In this document: piece after piece, positions 29,571 through 39,127 of the stretch
Layout of the letters: each line of letters starts with the position of its first letter
How positions within the stretch are numbered: the first letter of the stretch is position 1
Source of the DNA: Kofleriaceae bacterium
GTDB lineage: Bacteria > Myxococcota_A > Polyangia > Haliangiales > Haliangiaceae
Assembly (NCBI GenBank): GCA_965215005.1
Contig: CBDCCZ010000006.1
Coordinates: 171,720-235,719, forward strand
DNA length: 64,000 bases
Reading direction: 5' to 3'
Program-made: the position numbers and the translations under genes
Notes under the pieces: model-generated
Seen by the model: only the letters and a program-made list of their open reading frames with translations
The model's database searches: none
What the model was told of the DNA's origin: nothing

Positions 29571-31039
29571 CGGCTTTCCGGCGCGCGGCCGCGCTGCTCG
29601 AGGCGATCCAGGAAGTAGCGCATGATGGTCACGTAGAGCTCATCACGCAGGATGGTGTCTTCTACGCCACCATCGATGCTCGGGTTGTCGTTGACCTCCA
29701 TGACGTAGAGCCGGCCATCAACTTGCTTGATATCGACGCCGTAGAGGCCATCACCGATGAGTGAAGCCGCCCGCACGCCAACGTCGACGACCTGCGCCGG
29801 CGCCTCACCAACCGCCATGGTCTCGACCTTACCGACGCGCTTCTTGCCTCCAGCCTCGTTTTTCTGAATCTGCCAGTGCCCGCGCGCCATGTAGTACTTG
29901 CACACGTAAAGCGGCCTGCCGTCGATGACGCCGACGCGCCAATCGAAGTCAGAAGGCGTGTACTCCTGCGCGACCACTAGCTCCGAACGCGCCAGCAGCT
30001 CATCGAGCCGCTGCACGAGCTCGCTCTCGTCGCGCGCCTTGGTAACACCCAGGGAGAACGAGCTATCGGGGCGCTTGAGAACACACGGAAACCCCAGCAG
30101 ACGACCAACCTCGGCGGCGTTGCCACGATGAACGATGACGGTGCGCGGATGGGGAATGCCGCGCCGCGCGAATAAGTCGGCAAGGAACACTTTGTTGGTA
30201 CAACGCAAGATCGATGACGAGGAGTCGACGACGACCAAACCTTCTGCTTCGGCGCGGCGCGCAAAGCGGTACGTATAGTGATTGACCGCGGTCGTCTCGC
30301 GAATGAACAACGCGTCATACTCAGCGAGCCGGCCATAGTCCTCACGACCGATGATCTCCGCATCGATGCCCACCGCGCGAGCAGCGCGCACGAAACGGCC
30401 GATCGCCTGCGAGTCCGATGGCGAGTCAGCGGCCTGCGGATCGTAAAGAATGGCCATATCGTAGCGGAAGCTCTGTCCGCGAGCTTCTGGCGTGCGTGGT
30501 CGAGCAAAGTACTTCTGCGCCCGATCGCGAACGAATGCCACGTGACTATCGGGAATCTCTCGGGTCGCGATGGGCCCAAGATTGGACAATCGCCACGACC
30601 CTTCGCTGCGAACCAGCTCAGCCCGCAAGAGCGGCGCCGGGAACATGCTCCAAAGCGCCTGACAGAGCCTATCGTAGCGACCATCAGCGCTGCGACCAAA
30701 GTACGCATGCAAGAGCAGCCGGTCGCCGTCGTGGCCGTCGAGAATCTTTTTCATCAGCTCGGCGAGCTCGTCCGAGGCGATGCGCAAGATGGGCTGTAGC
30801 CCCAGATCTTGCAGCGTCGACACCGGCGGCATCACCCGATGGCCACGCGCTTCCGCCAGCAGCGAGACATAATAGCCGGTGGTTTGATACCCGTAGGTAT
30901 GGCAGAGGTTGAAAACGCGCGCGCGGCGCATCTCAGAGAACCGCGGCCCGGTTAGATATTCGCGTGCGCGAATAACCTCGGCGCCAGGCACCTCGAGGGG
31001 CCAGCGCCCAGGATCTTCGATCACCACTAGAACAGACAT
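29567..31039 (-). CDS. RimK-family ATP-grasp ligase with N-terminal RLAN domain
   Basis: VFNLCHTYGYQTTGYYVSLLAEARGH (RLAN); LFIRETT, CTNKVFL, KRPDSSFSLGV, DWRVGV, YGVDIK, EVNDNPSID. Confidence 0.92.
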   Translation of the reverse strand: MSVLVVIEDPGRWPLEVPGAEVIRAREYLTGPRFSEMRRARVFNLCHTYGYQTTGYYVSLLAEARGHRVMPPVSTLQDLGLQPILRIASDELAELMKKILDGHDGDRLLLHAYFGRSADGRYDRLCQALWSMFPAPLLRAELVRSEGSWRLSNLGPIATREIPDSHVAFVRDRAQKYFARPRTPEARGQSFRYDMAILYDPQAADSPSDSQAIGRFVRAARAVGIDAEIIGREDYGRLAEYDALFIRETTAVNHYTYRFARRAEAEGLVVVDSSSSILRCTNKVFLADLFARRGIPHPRTVIVHRGNAAEVGRLLGFPCVLKRPDSSFSLGVTKARDESELVQRLDELLARSELVVAQEYTPSDFDWRVGVIDGRPLYVCKYYMARGHWQIQKNEAGGKKRVGKVETMAVGEAPAQVVDVGVRAASLIGDGLYGVDIKQVDGRLYVMEVNDNPSIDGGVEDTILRDELYVTIMRYFLDRLEQRGRAPESR

Positions 31040-31043
31040 TCGT

Positions 31044-31769
31044 TCATAGCCTCACGATTCGATCGACAGGCGCTGCATCGGGCGGCTGCACGATCACGAG
31101 GTTGGCATCGTAGGTAACGATGCCGAGGCAGACGGCCGCCATCACTCGGCTCGCACTCACCCAATAGTACTGCGATCCAAAGCGAGGGTTGTCGCGCTGC
31201 GGATCGGCGACGCGAACCAGATTGCGCTCTTTGTCGTAGCCGCACACGACGACGAAGTGGCCAGTTGGCTCGCCGCGAACGTCATCATAGACGTTGTCGT
31301 AGCGCTCGCGCGAGCAGCCGTAGAGATAGGTGGCCGAGAGGCCGGTGAGGATCGGTATCTTCTTGGTGAGAAAGCCGCGCAACAGCCGCGGCGTGAGCTC
31401 CTCAAAGATGAGCCGACCACCGCGGGTCAAGAAATCGAGATATGCATCGGTGGCGACGTGCAGCTTCGGGTCGTTCTTAGCAGCGCGCTGGTCTCGCAGC
31501 CGCTGCGCAATCACATCTGGATCTGCAAACCAGGTGGGATCAAAGACATGAAGATTGTAGGTGTAGATGGTGGCGCGATAGCCGCGGCGGAGCGCATCGT
31601 TTGCCAAGATGACGCCCAGGGTGCCGCCGGCGGCCAGCATCATGACCTCGTCGATCAGCTGGTCGAGCGGGATGTCAAACCCGTAGTAGCGATAGACCGA
31701 GTGCAGACACGTGGGACCGCAAGTCTCGTCGGTCGGTTGCACCAACATTTCGAGCTCGAGCTCGCTCAC
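31044..31769 (-). CDS. Peptidase C39-like (papain-fold) protein
   Basis: QPTDETCGPTCL (Gln, Cys), GHFVVVCGYD (His), VADP (Asp); probable GTG start at 31769. Confidence 0.85.
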   Translation of the reverse strand: MSELELEMLVQPTDETCGPTCLHSVYRYYGFDIPLDQLIDEVMMLAAGGTLGVILANDALRRGYRATIYTYNLHVFDPTWFADPDVIAQRLRDQRAAKNDPKLHVATDAYLDFLTRGGRLIFEELTPRLLRGFLTKKIPILTGLSATYLYGCSRERYDNVYDDVRGEPTGHFVVVCGYDKERNLVRVADPQRDNPRFGSQYYWVSASRVMAAVCLGIVTYDANLVIVQPPDAAPVDRIVRL

Positions 31770-31784
31770 GTCATCACCTGCTTC

Positions 31785-31800
31785 TGCATAGGCTGCGCCA
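31785..31800 (-). promoter_or_regulatory. sigma54 -24/-12 promoter (C39/RimK operon)
   Basis: TGGCGCAGCCTATGCA. Confidence 0.5.
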
Positions 31801-31936
31801 GCCTCAGCATACCGCCACGAATAGCCCGAGACGAAATCGCTACCGCCATAACGACAGCGAATATCTCGCAAAACGGAGTCATTGGCACGTTCGGTCCCGC
31901 CACCGCAGGTGCGAGAGCGTGTGCCATGCTAGCCGA

Positions 31937-34900
31937 ATGGATGTCTTCGGCCCGGCCACCAAAGCGTGGTTCGAAGCGGCATTTGCAAGCCCGACGCCGG
32001 TTCAACAGCGCGGCTGGGCGGCGATCGCAGCGGGCGAGCACGCGTTGCTCATCGCGCCAACGGGCAGCGGTAAGACGCTAGCGGCGTTTCTATGGGCCAT
32101 CGATCAGTTGCTCGACTCGGGCAACGACGGTGAGTTGGGCGTACGAACGCTGTACGTCTCGCCGCTCAAGGCTCTGGTCTACGACGTCGAGCGCAACCTG
32201 CGCGCGCCGCTCATCGGCATCGGACGCGCGGCGGAGCGACTCGAGGCGCGTATAAGGCTGCCGCGCGTGGCGGTGCGCACTGGCGATACCTCGAGCAAGG
32301 AACGGCGGCAGCAGCTCAAAGAGCCCGGCGAGATTTTGGTGACGACGCCGGAATCGCTGTATCTGCTGCTCGGGTCGCAGGCGCGCGAAACCCTGCGGAC
32401 CGTGCAAACCGTCATCATCGACGAAGTGCACGCGCTGGCGCCAACCAAACGCGGGGCGCATCTGGCGGTTTCGCTCGAGCGGTTGACGGCGCTGGTCACC
32501 GAGCGCGCTCCGGCGCGTGAGCCGCAGCGCATCGGACTGTCGGCCACGGCGCAGCCGCTAACAGAGGTGGCCCGCTACTTGGGCGGAGACCGGCAAGTCA
32601 CGGTGGTGGATGCCAGCGCGCCGCCGGCGCTGGAGCTGCAAATCGTCGTGCCCGTGGCGGACATGACGCGTCCTGAAGAATCGTATCAGGCGCCGCGAGG
32701 AGCGGACGCAGCGGCAAGCGAAGCGGTCGACGATGGGTCCGACAGCTCGCTCGAAGGCGGCCGCTCGCTGCTGCTCGCGAGCGGCGAGCGCGGCATGTGG
32801 CCAGCGATTCACCCACGCCTGTTGGCGCTCGTGCGCGAGCACCGCACCACCATCATCTTCGTCAACAGTCGCGGGCTGTGCGAGCGGCTCACGCAGCGAC
32901 TCAACGAGCTGGCGGAGCAAGAGTTGGTTCGTTCGCATCACGGCAGCCTGGCGCACGGCGAACGGCGACAAATCGAAGAAGCGCTCAAGAGCGGGCAGAT
33001 CCGCGCCATCGTCGCCACCAGCTCTCTCGAGCTCGGCATCGACATGGGCACCGTCGATCTGGTGGTGCTCGTCGAGTCGCCGGGCTCCGTGGCCAGCGGC
33101 CTACAGCGCGTAGGTCGCGCTGGCCATGGCGTCGGCCAAGTCTCGAAAGGACGATTGTTTCCCAAACACCGCGGCGATTTGCTCGAAGCCGCCGTGGTCA
33201 GCAAGCGCATGCGGGCGGGGCTGATCGAGCCGCTGCGAGTCCCGCAAAATCCCCTCGATGTTTTGGCCCAGCAGCTGGTCGCAACGGTGGCGGTGGAGCC
33301 GTGGCCGGTAGAGCGACTGCGGCGCATGGTGATGCGCGCCGCCAACTTCGCCCAGCTTCCCGACAGCGCGTTCGTCGGTGTCCTCGACATGCTCGCGGGA
33401 AGGTATCCATCGAATGCGTTTGCCGAGCTGCGTCCACGGCTCAATTGGGATCGGCAAACCGACGTCGTCACCGGCCGGCAAGGCGCCAAGATGGTCGCGC
33501 TCACCAGCGGCGGCACGATTCCCGACCGCGGCACCTACAGCGTGCATCTGGGCGACGAGCATGGCTCGCGCGTGGGCGAGCTCGATGAAGAGATGGTGCA
33601 CGAGACGACGCCGGGCCAGACGTTCACGCTGGGGGCGAGCACGTGGCGAGTCGAGCGCATCACCCGCGACCGAGTGATCGTATCTCCGGCTCCGGGCGAG
33701 GTCGGCAAGCTGCCTTTCTGGCGCGGAGATGGCCCAGGGCGGCCGATCGAGCTCGGTCGAGCCATGGGTGCATTTCTCCGCGCGCTCGACGAAAAAGACG
33801 ATAGCGAGGCGCTTGCCGAGCTCGAAGCTGACTACGGTCTCGATGCCATGGCCGCCGACAACTTGCTTGGCTACGTGCGCGAGCAACGCGACGCTGCCGG
33901 CGTGCTGCCAACGGATCGCACGATCGTCATCGAGCGGTTTCGCGATGAGCTTGGCGACTGGCGGGTCTGCATTCTCACGCCGTTTGGCGCCCGGATTCAC
34001 GCGCCGTGGGCATTGGCTCTCGAAGCACGGCTATCGGCGCAAACCGGCTTTTACGTGCAGACGCTGTGGAGCGATGACGGCATCGTGCTGCGCTTCGTGG
34101 ATGCCGATGAGCTTCCCGAGCTCGACGTGCTACTGCCCGACCCCGACGAGGTCGAAGAGCTGGTCGTCGAGCATCTCGCAAGCTCGGCGCTGTTTGCCGG
34201 GCAGTTCCGCGAAAACGCCGCGCGCGCGCTGCTCATGCCGCGCCGTCGACCGGGTGAGCGGACGCCGCTTTGGGTGCAGCGCCTCAAGTCCCAGCAGCTG
34301 TTGGCGATCGCTCGCGAGTACCCCGCGTTTCCGATCATCATGGAAAGCTACCGCTCGTGCCTGCAGGACGTATTCGACTTGCCGGCGTTGACTGCTTTGC
34401 TAAACGACGTGCGCAGCCGCGCCGTTCGCGTCGAATCGGTGCAAACCACGGCCGCCTCGCCGTTTGCCCGCTCGCTGGTGTTTGCCTATGTGTCGGCGTA
34501 TCTCTACGAAGGCGATCAGCCGCTCGCTGAACGCAAGGCGCAAGCGTTGTCGCTCGACCGCGCGCTACTACGCGAGCTCCTAGGGCAAGAAGAGCTGCGT
34601 GAGCTCCTAGACGCCAGCGTGATCGAGGAGCTGGAAAATCAGCTACAACACCGCGCAGAGGATCGCCAGGCGCGCCATGAAGACGGCCTCCACGACGTGT
34701 TGCGACGCGTCGGCGACCTAACCGCTGAAGAGGTCACCATGCGAGTTGCCGCCGATGTCGGCGCAATCGACCTACTCGAGCGACTGCAGCGAGAGCGGCG
34801 CGCGGTGCGCATGCGCATCGGCGGGCAAGAGCGCTGGATCGCCATCGAAGACGCTGGGATCTATCGCGATGCGCTCGGCGCTTCGCCTCCAGCCGGCGTC

Positions 34901-36385
34901 GCCGAAGCGTTCCTACAACCGCATCCAACACCATTTGAGGAGCTACTTCTGCGCTGGGCCCGAACCCATGGACCTTTCGCCACCGCCGCCGTCGCCGAGC
35001 GCTATCAGTTGCCACCAGCGCAGCTCACCGCGCTGTTCACCGCGCTCGAGCAACGCGGTGCGCTGGTCCGTGGCGCCTTTCGCCCCGGTCACAGTGGCGA
35101 AGAGTGGTGTGAACCAGAGGTTCTGCGCCGAATCAAACGTCGCACGTTGGCACGACTGCGCAGCGAGGTGGCGCCCGTCGATAAAGCGATCCTCGGGCGA
35201 TTCCTCCCCGAGTGGCACGGCCTCGACTCTCCCGGTCGCGGGATGCGTCGGCTGCAAGAAGTCCTGGTGCAGCTCGAGGGCTTGCCACTCTCCTACCGGG
35301 AGCTCGAGACCATCCTACTTCCGGCACGAGTGAGCGATTTCGCGCCCCGCATGCTCGACGAGCTCGGCGCGATGGGTTGGCTGGTATGGATTGGGCACGG
35401 GGCACTTGGCGCGCGCGACGGCAAGGTTGCGCTGTATCGGCGGGAACAGGTGGCGAGTCTGCTCGCACCGCCCGCCGTGCCCGAGGGCCTCGAGCCGCTG
35501 CACGAGCGCTTGCTCGAGCACTTGCAGACCCGTGGCGCATCATTTTTCGTCGCGCTGCAAAGCGCCGCCGATGCGCGCACCGAGGAGGTGCTCGCCGCGC
35601 TGTGGGATCTGGTTTGGGCGGGCCTGGTCACCAACGACACCTTCGGGCCACTGCGCGTGCAGGGCCGCACGCAGAAGGCAACCGGACGAGCCCGAGCACG
35701 GCAAACCTCGCATCTAGCTTCGGGTCGCTGGTCGCTGGTCGCGGAGCTGCTCCTGGCTGCACCAAACCCCACCGCAATAGCGCACGCGCGAGCCATCAAG
35801 CTTCTCGAGCGCCACGGCGTGGTGAGCCGCGAGGTCGCCAGCCTGGAGTCGTTGCCGGGCGGATTCTCTGCGGTCTATGCGGTGCTCAAAGCCATGGAGG
35901 AGGCCGGCAAGGTGCGTCGCGGCTACTTCGTCGACGGCCTCGGCGGCGCGCAGTTCGCGTTTCCTGGGGCGGTCGATCGGCTGCGCGCCGTGCGCACCAG
36001 CCCCGATGCACCGCCCACCATGAGGCTCTCCGCGGTCGATCCAGCCAATCCGTACGGCTGGCTGATTTCCTGGCCCGACAACGCCGCCAGCGATAGCGCA
36101 CTGCGACGCGCGGCGGGCGCAACCGTGGTGCTGGTGGGGGGCGAGCCGGTGCTCTATGTAGACACCAGCGGTCGCAAGCTCGTCACGTTTGCCGGCGCAC
36201 GCAATCGCGACTGGCTGGTCGCCGCGGCCAGCGCGTTGAGACCGGTGGCGCTGCGCAAGCGCGGCAAGATGCTGCGCATCGACACCATCGACGGCGAGCC
36301 GGCGCTCGCCTCGCCCCACGCCGAGGCCTTGCGCGCTGCCGCCTTCTTCTCCGACCACCGCGGGCTCGTCCTCGAAGCGCGCTGA
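31937..36385 (+). CDS. lhr: Lhr helicase, full-length form
   Basis: APTGSGKT, SPLKAL, TTPES, DEVH, SAT, HHGS, LELGID, QRVGRAGH, GGTIPDRG, GELDEE; C-terminal HTH_42-like region (RRGYFVDGLGGAQF, AVDPANPYG). Confidence 0.95.
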   Translation: MDVFGPATKAWFEAAFASPTPVQQRGWAAIAAGEHALLIAPTGSGKTLAAFLWAIDQLLDSGNDGELGVRTLYVSPLKALVYDVERNLRAPLIGIGRAAERLEARIRLPRVAVRTGDTSSKERRQQLKEPGEILVTTPESLYLLLGSQARETLRTVQTVIIDEVHALAPTKRGAHLAVSLERLTALVTERAPAREPQRIGLSATAQPLTEVARYLGGDRQVTVVDASAPPALELQIVVPVADMTRPEESYQAPRGADAAASEAVDDGSDSSLEGGRSLLLASGERGMWPAIHPRLLALVREHRTTIIFVNSRGLCERLTQRLNELAEQELVRSHHGSLAHGERRQIEEALKSGQIRAIVATSSLELGIDMGTVDLVVLVESPGSVASGLQRVGRAGHGVGQVSKGRLFPKHRGDLLEAAVVSKRMRAGLIEPLRVPQNPLDVLAQQLVATVAVEPWPVERLRRMVMRAANFAQLPDSAFVGVLDMLAGRYPSNAFAELRPRLNWDRQTDVVTGRQGAKMVALTSGGTIPDRGTYSVHLGDEHGSRVGELDEEMVHETTPGQTFTLGASTWRVERITRDRVIVSPAPGEVGKLPFWRGDGPGRPIELGRAMGAFLRALDEKDDSEALAELEADYGLDAMAADNLLGYVREQRDAAGVLPTDRTIVIERFRDELGDWRVCILTPFGARIHAPWALALEARLSAQTGFYVQTLWSDDGIVLRFVDADELPELDVLLPDPDEVEELVVEHLASSALFAGQFRENAARALLMPRRRPGERTPLWVQRLKSQQLLAIAREYPAFPIIMESYRSCLQDVFDLPALTALLNDVRSRAVRVESVQTTAASPFARSLVFAYVSAYLYEGDQPLAERKAQALSLDRALLRELLGQEELRELLDASVIEELENQLQHRAEDRQARHEDGLHDVLRRVGDLTAEEVTMRVAADVGAIDLLERLQRERRAVRMRIGGQERWIAIEDAGIYRDALGASPPAGVAEAFLQPHPTPFEELLLRWARTHGPFATAAVAERYQLPPAQLTALFTALEQRGALVRGAFRPGHSGEEWCEPEVLRRIKRRTLARLRSEVAPVDKAILGRFLPEWHGLDSPGRGMRRLQEVLVQLEGLPLSYRELETILLPARVSDFAPRMLDELGAMGWLVWIGHGALGARDGKVALYRREQVASLLAPPAVPEGLEPLHERLLEHLQTRGASFFVALQSAADARTEEVLAALWDLVWAGLVTNDTFGPLRVQGRTQKATGRARARQTSHLASGRWSLVAELLLAAPNPTAIAHARAIKLLERHGVVSREVASLESLPGGFSAVYAVLKAMEEAGKVRRGYFVDGLGGAQFAFPGAVDRLRAVRTSPDAPPTMRLSAVDPANPYGWLISWPDNAASDSALRRAAGATVVLVGGEPVLYVDTSGRKLVTFAGARNRDWLVAAASALRPVALRKRGKMLRIDTIDGEPALASPHAEALRAAAFFSDHRGLVLEAR

Positions 36386-36426
36386 GGACGTGGCCGCGGG
36401 GCCCCGCCGATGCTACGCCGTAGGCC

Positions 36427-37245
36427 GTGCCCGAGGGCGATACCATTCACAAGGTCGCAGCGCGCATGCGGCCCACGCTGCTCGGTCAGCCAGTCGCTCA
36501 GCTTCGGCTACGCGAGCGCGGCGTGATCGACGCAGTCGCCGGCCAAAACATCACCGCGATCGACGCCATCGGCAAACACCTGGTGATTCGCTTTGGCGAG
36601 GCGTGGGGATTGCGAGTGCATCTGGGCATGAAAGGCCGATGGCGGCAGTTTCGTCGCGGCGCGCCTTGGGATTGGAGTCCGGCGCAGGCGGTGGTGGTTC
36701 TGGTGAGTGGCGAGCACGAGTTCGTCTGTTTTCGCGCCAGCCAAGCAGAGCTGATGCATGGCGTGAGCTTGACGCGCAACCGCCACCTGCTTCGTCTCGG
36801 CCCCGACCTGCTCGCCCCCGAGGTCGACTTCGCTGCAATCCTAGAGCGGGCGCGAGCCCGACAGACCACGGCCATCGGCGAGCTGCTTCTCGCCCAGTCG
36901 GTGGCCTGCGGCATTGGCAATGTCTATAAGAGCGAGGTGATGTTTCTGCACCGCGTGCACCCGTGGACTGCGACCAGTGCGCTCGGAGACGAAGCGCTCG
37001 AAGCGATGTATCGCGACGCGCGCAGGCTCATGCAGGCCAACCTCGGCGAAACCGGTCGACGAATCACCGTAGACGAGCCCCAGCGCCGGCCAGCGCGCCG
37101 CGAGATGCTGCCGCGTCTGTACGTGTACGGACGGCACCGCAAGCCATGCCTGCGGTGCAATACGTTCATTTCGGTGCGGCGCCAGGGCGACGAGGCGCGG
37201 ACCACCTATTGGTGCGCACGCTGTCAACCACGCCGCGACCCCTGA
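36427..37245 (+). CDS. nei: Fpg/Nei family DNA glycosylase/AP lyase (Nei2-like)
   Basis: MPEGDT N-terminus, GKHL, HLGMKG, GIGNVYKSE (H2TH), CLRC...WCARCQ zinc finger. Confidence 0.92.
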   Translation: MPEGDTIHKVAARMRPTLLGQPVAQLRLRERGVIDAVAGQNITAIDAIGKHLVIRFGEAWGLRVHLGMKGRWRQFRRGAPWDWSPAQAVVVLVSGEHEFVCFRASQAELMHGVSLTRNRHLLRLGPDLLAPEVDFAAILERARARQTTAIGELLLAQSVACGIGNVYKSEVMFLHRVHPWTATSALGDEALEAMYRDARRLMQANLGETGRRITVDEPQRRPARREMLPRLYVYGRHRKPCLRCNTFISVRRQGDEARTTYWCARCQPRRDP

Positions 37246-37291
37246 TGCGCTGTCACCCAATGAGCTGCACCAGCCGTGTTAGATACGTTTG

Positions 37292-38215
37292 ATGGTTCGA
37301 TGGGATCCGCGAGTCGCGCTGTGCGTCGTCACCATGGCGGCGAGCGTTCTCGGCTGCAATCGAGGCGAGCCGCCGGTCTCGGCACCCAACACCGCGGAGC
37401 TCGAACGTGTACCCGGTGGGCGGCGTTTGCCACTGCGCCTCACCGACACCAATGGAATTTCCGGGCTCACCGCCATCGACGGCACCCTTTGGGCGGTTCC
37501 TGAGCGGGTCCACGTTCTGCTCGAGCTCGATGACAGCGGCGGAGCGCGCGCGGTGCCGCTCGCCGGCGTGAGTGCCGACGTCGATCTCGAGGCGATAGCC
37601 GCCATCGCGCCGCATCGCTTTGCCCTCGGCACCGAAGACAAGCAGGGCGAGAGCGGCAGCGCCTATGGCGGCAACGCGCTCATTTATCTGGCCGAGGTCG
37701 AGGGCAACGCGGCGCGCGTCACCGAATCCATCGCCATGAGTTACGAGCTGTGGAAACAGCACGGCGTGCACAACGAGGGCATTGAGGGCTTATGTGCCGC
37801 AGGCGGGCGCCTGGTGATTGGTATCGAGGCGACGGGCCTGATCAACGGACGTCGCTTTGCGCCGGTAGCGTCCTATGATCTCGCCACCAAGAAGTTCACC
37901 GCCTATTGGCTGCTGCTGAGCAGCGAAACCGGCAAGATTTCGGCGATGACCTGCCGCGAGCATGGCGGCCGCATCGAGGTCCTGGCGGTCGAACGCAACT
38001 TCGGCGTTGCCCGGCTATTGCGCTTCGAGCTGCCCGATACATCGAGCGTCATCACGCCGCGCGTCGAGCGCGATCTCGAATCACTGGTGAATCTCACCAA
38101 GCTCAACTTCGAAGGCATCGCCTGGCGTGCCGACGGCGCTGTGGTGCTGGCCGTGGACAATCAATGGAAGGAGGTCACCGGGCCAAACGAGCTGATCATC
38201 CTCGATGGCCCCTAG
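37292..38215 (+). CDS. Beta-propeller lipoprotein (esterase-like phytase / SdiA-regulated-like)
   Basis: Lipobox VLGC; GISGL, DLEAIA, NEGIEGL, NFEGIA, VDN motifs. Confidence 0.65.
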   Translation: MVRWDPRVALCVVTMAASVLGCNRGEPPVSAPNTAELERVPGGRRLPLRLTDTNGISGLTAIDGTLWAVPERVHVLLELDDSGGARAVPLAGVSADVDLEAIAAIAPHRFALGTEDKQGESGSAYGGNALIYLAEVEGNAARVTESIAMSYELWKQHGVHNEGIEGLCAAGGRLVIGIEATGLINGRRFAPVASYDLATKKFTAYWLLLSSETGKISAMTCREHGGRIEVLAVERNFGVARLLRFELPDTSSVITPRVERDLESLVNLTKLNFEGIAWRADGAVVLAVDNQWKEVTGPNELIILDGP

Positions 38216-38226
38216 ACGCGAGCTGC

Positions 38227-39048
38227 TTAGCGGCCCTGCGCCTTTCGCAGCCAATTCTCGACCGCGCCGCTGCCGAGCAGCTCGTAAAAACGCTGCGGCA
38301 CCGCCCGTTTGAGCCGCCAAAGCACCCGCCCATCGCGCATCGGCAACACGTAGAGATGTCCGCGCTCGACCCCATCTAGCGCCGCCGCGGCCACGGCAGG
38401 CGCCTGAATCTTCGAGCGACGCATCATCTTCTCCACCGTTGCCTGAATGCGTTCGTCGATCGCCCCGCGCCCCGACTTATGGATCGCGGTCAAGAAGAAG
38501 GTCGGGCACAGAGCGGTGACGTGCACGCCGCTGGGCCGCAGCTCGCCATGCAATGTCTCGGATAAAGCTACCACCGCTGCTTTGGTGACGTTGTAGGGCG
38601 CCATCTGCGGCGTCGCGAGGAGTCCAGCCGCCGAGGCCACGTTGATGATGTAGCCACTGCCACGCGCTCGCATTGCCGGCACGAAACTGTGGCAGCCGTG
38701 GATGACGCCCCAAAGATTGATGTCGACACAAAAGCGCCAGTCTTCGAGGCTCACCTCGCCCATCGGCCCTCCCACTGCCACGCCGGCGTTGTTGACGAGC
38801 AGGTCGACCTCCCCCATCCGCTCACGCGCGTCGGCCGCCAACGCCTCGACCGCCGCTGGATCACGTACGTCGCACTCGCGCGCCCAGCCGCGCCCGCCTG
38901 CTTCCTCGACGAGCTTGACCGTCTCGGCAACCCCCTCGAGGTTGATGTCGCTAGCCAAGACGCAGCCGCCGCGGCGAGCAATCTCGAGACAAAACGCGCG
39001 ACCCAGTCCAGTCGCCGCACCGGTAACCACGGAACGAGGCTGTTGCAT
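38227..39048 (-). CDS. SDR family oxidoreductase
   Basis: TGAATGLG, NNAGV, YNVTK. Confidence 0.9.
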   Translation of the reverse strand: MQQPRSVVTGAATGLGRAFCLEIARRGGCVLASDINLEGVAETVKLVEEAGGRGWARECDVRDPAAVEALAADARERMGEVDLLVNNAGVAVGGPMGEVSLEDWRFCVDINLWGVIHGCHSFVPAMRARGSGYIINVASAAGLLATPQMAPYNVTKAAVVALSETLHGELRPSGVHVTALCPTFFLTAIHKSGRGAIDERIQATVEKMMRRSKIQAPAVAAAALDGVERGHLYVLPMRDGRVLWRLKRAVPQRFYELLGSGAVENWLRKAQGR

Positions 39049-39127
39049 GGACGCAGCCTACTGCAAAGCCTGCCGTCAGCGACGAGCGCAGCGGTATAGT
39101 CGAGTTCTTTTCTGCGAGAGGGGCCAC

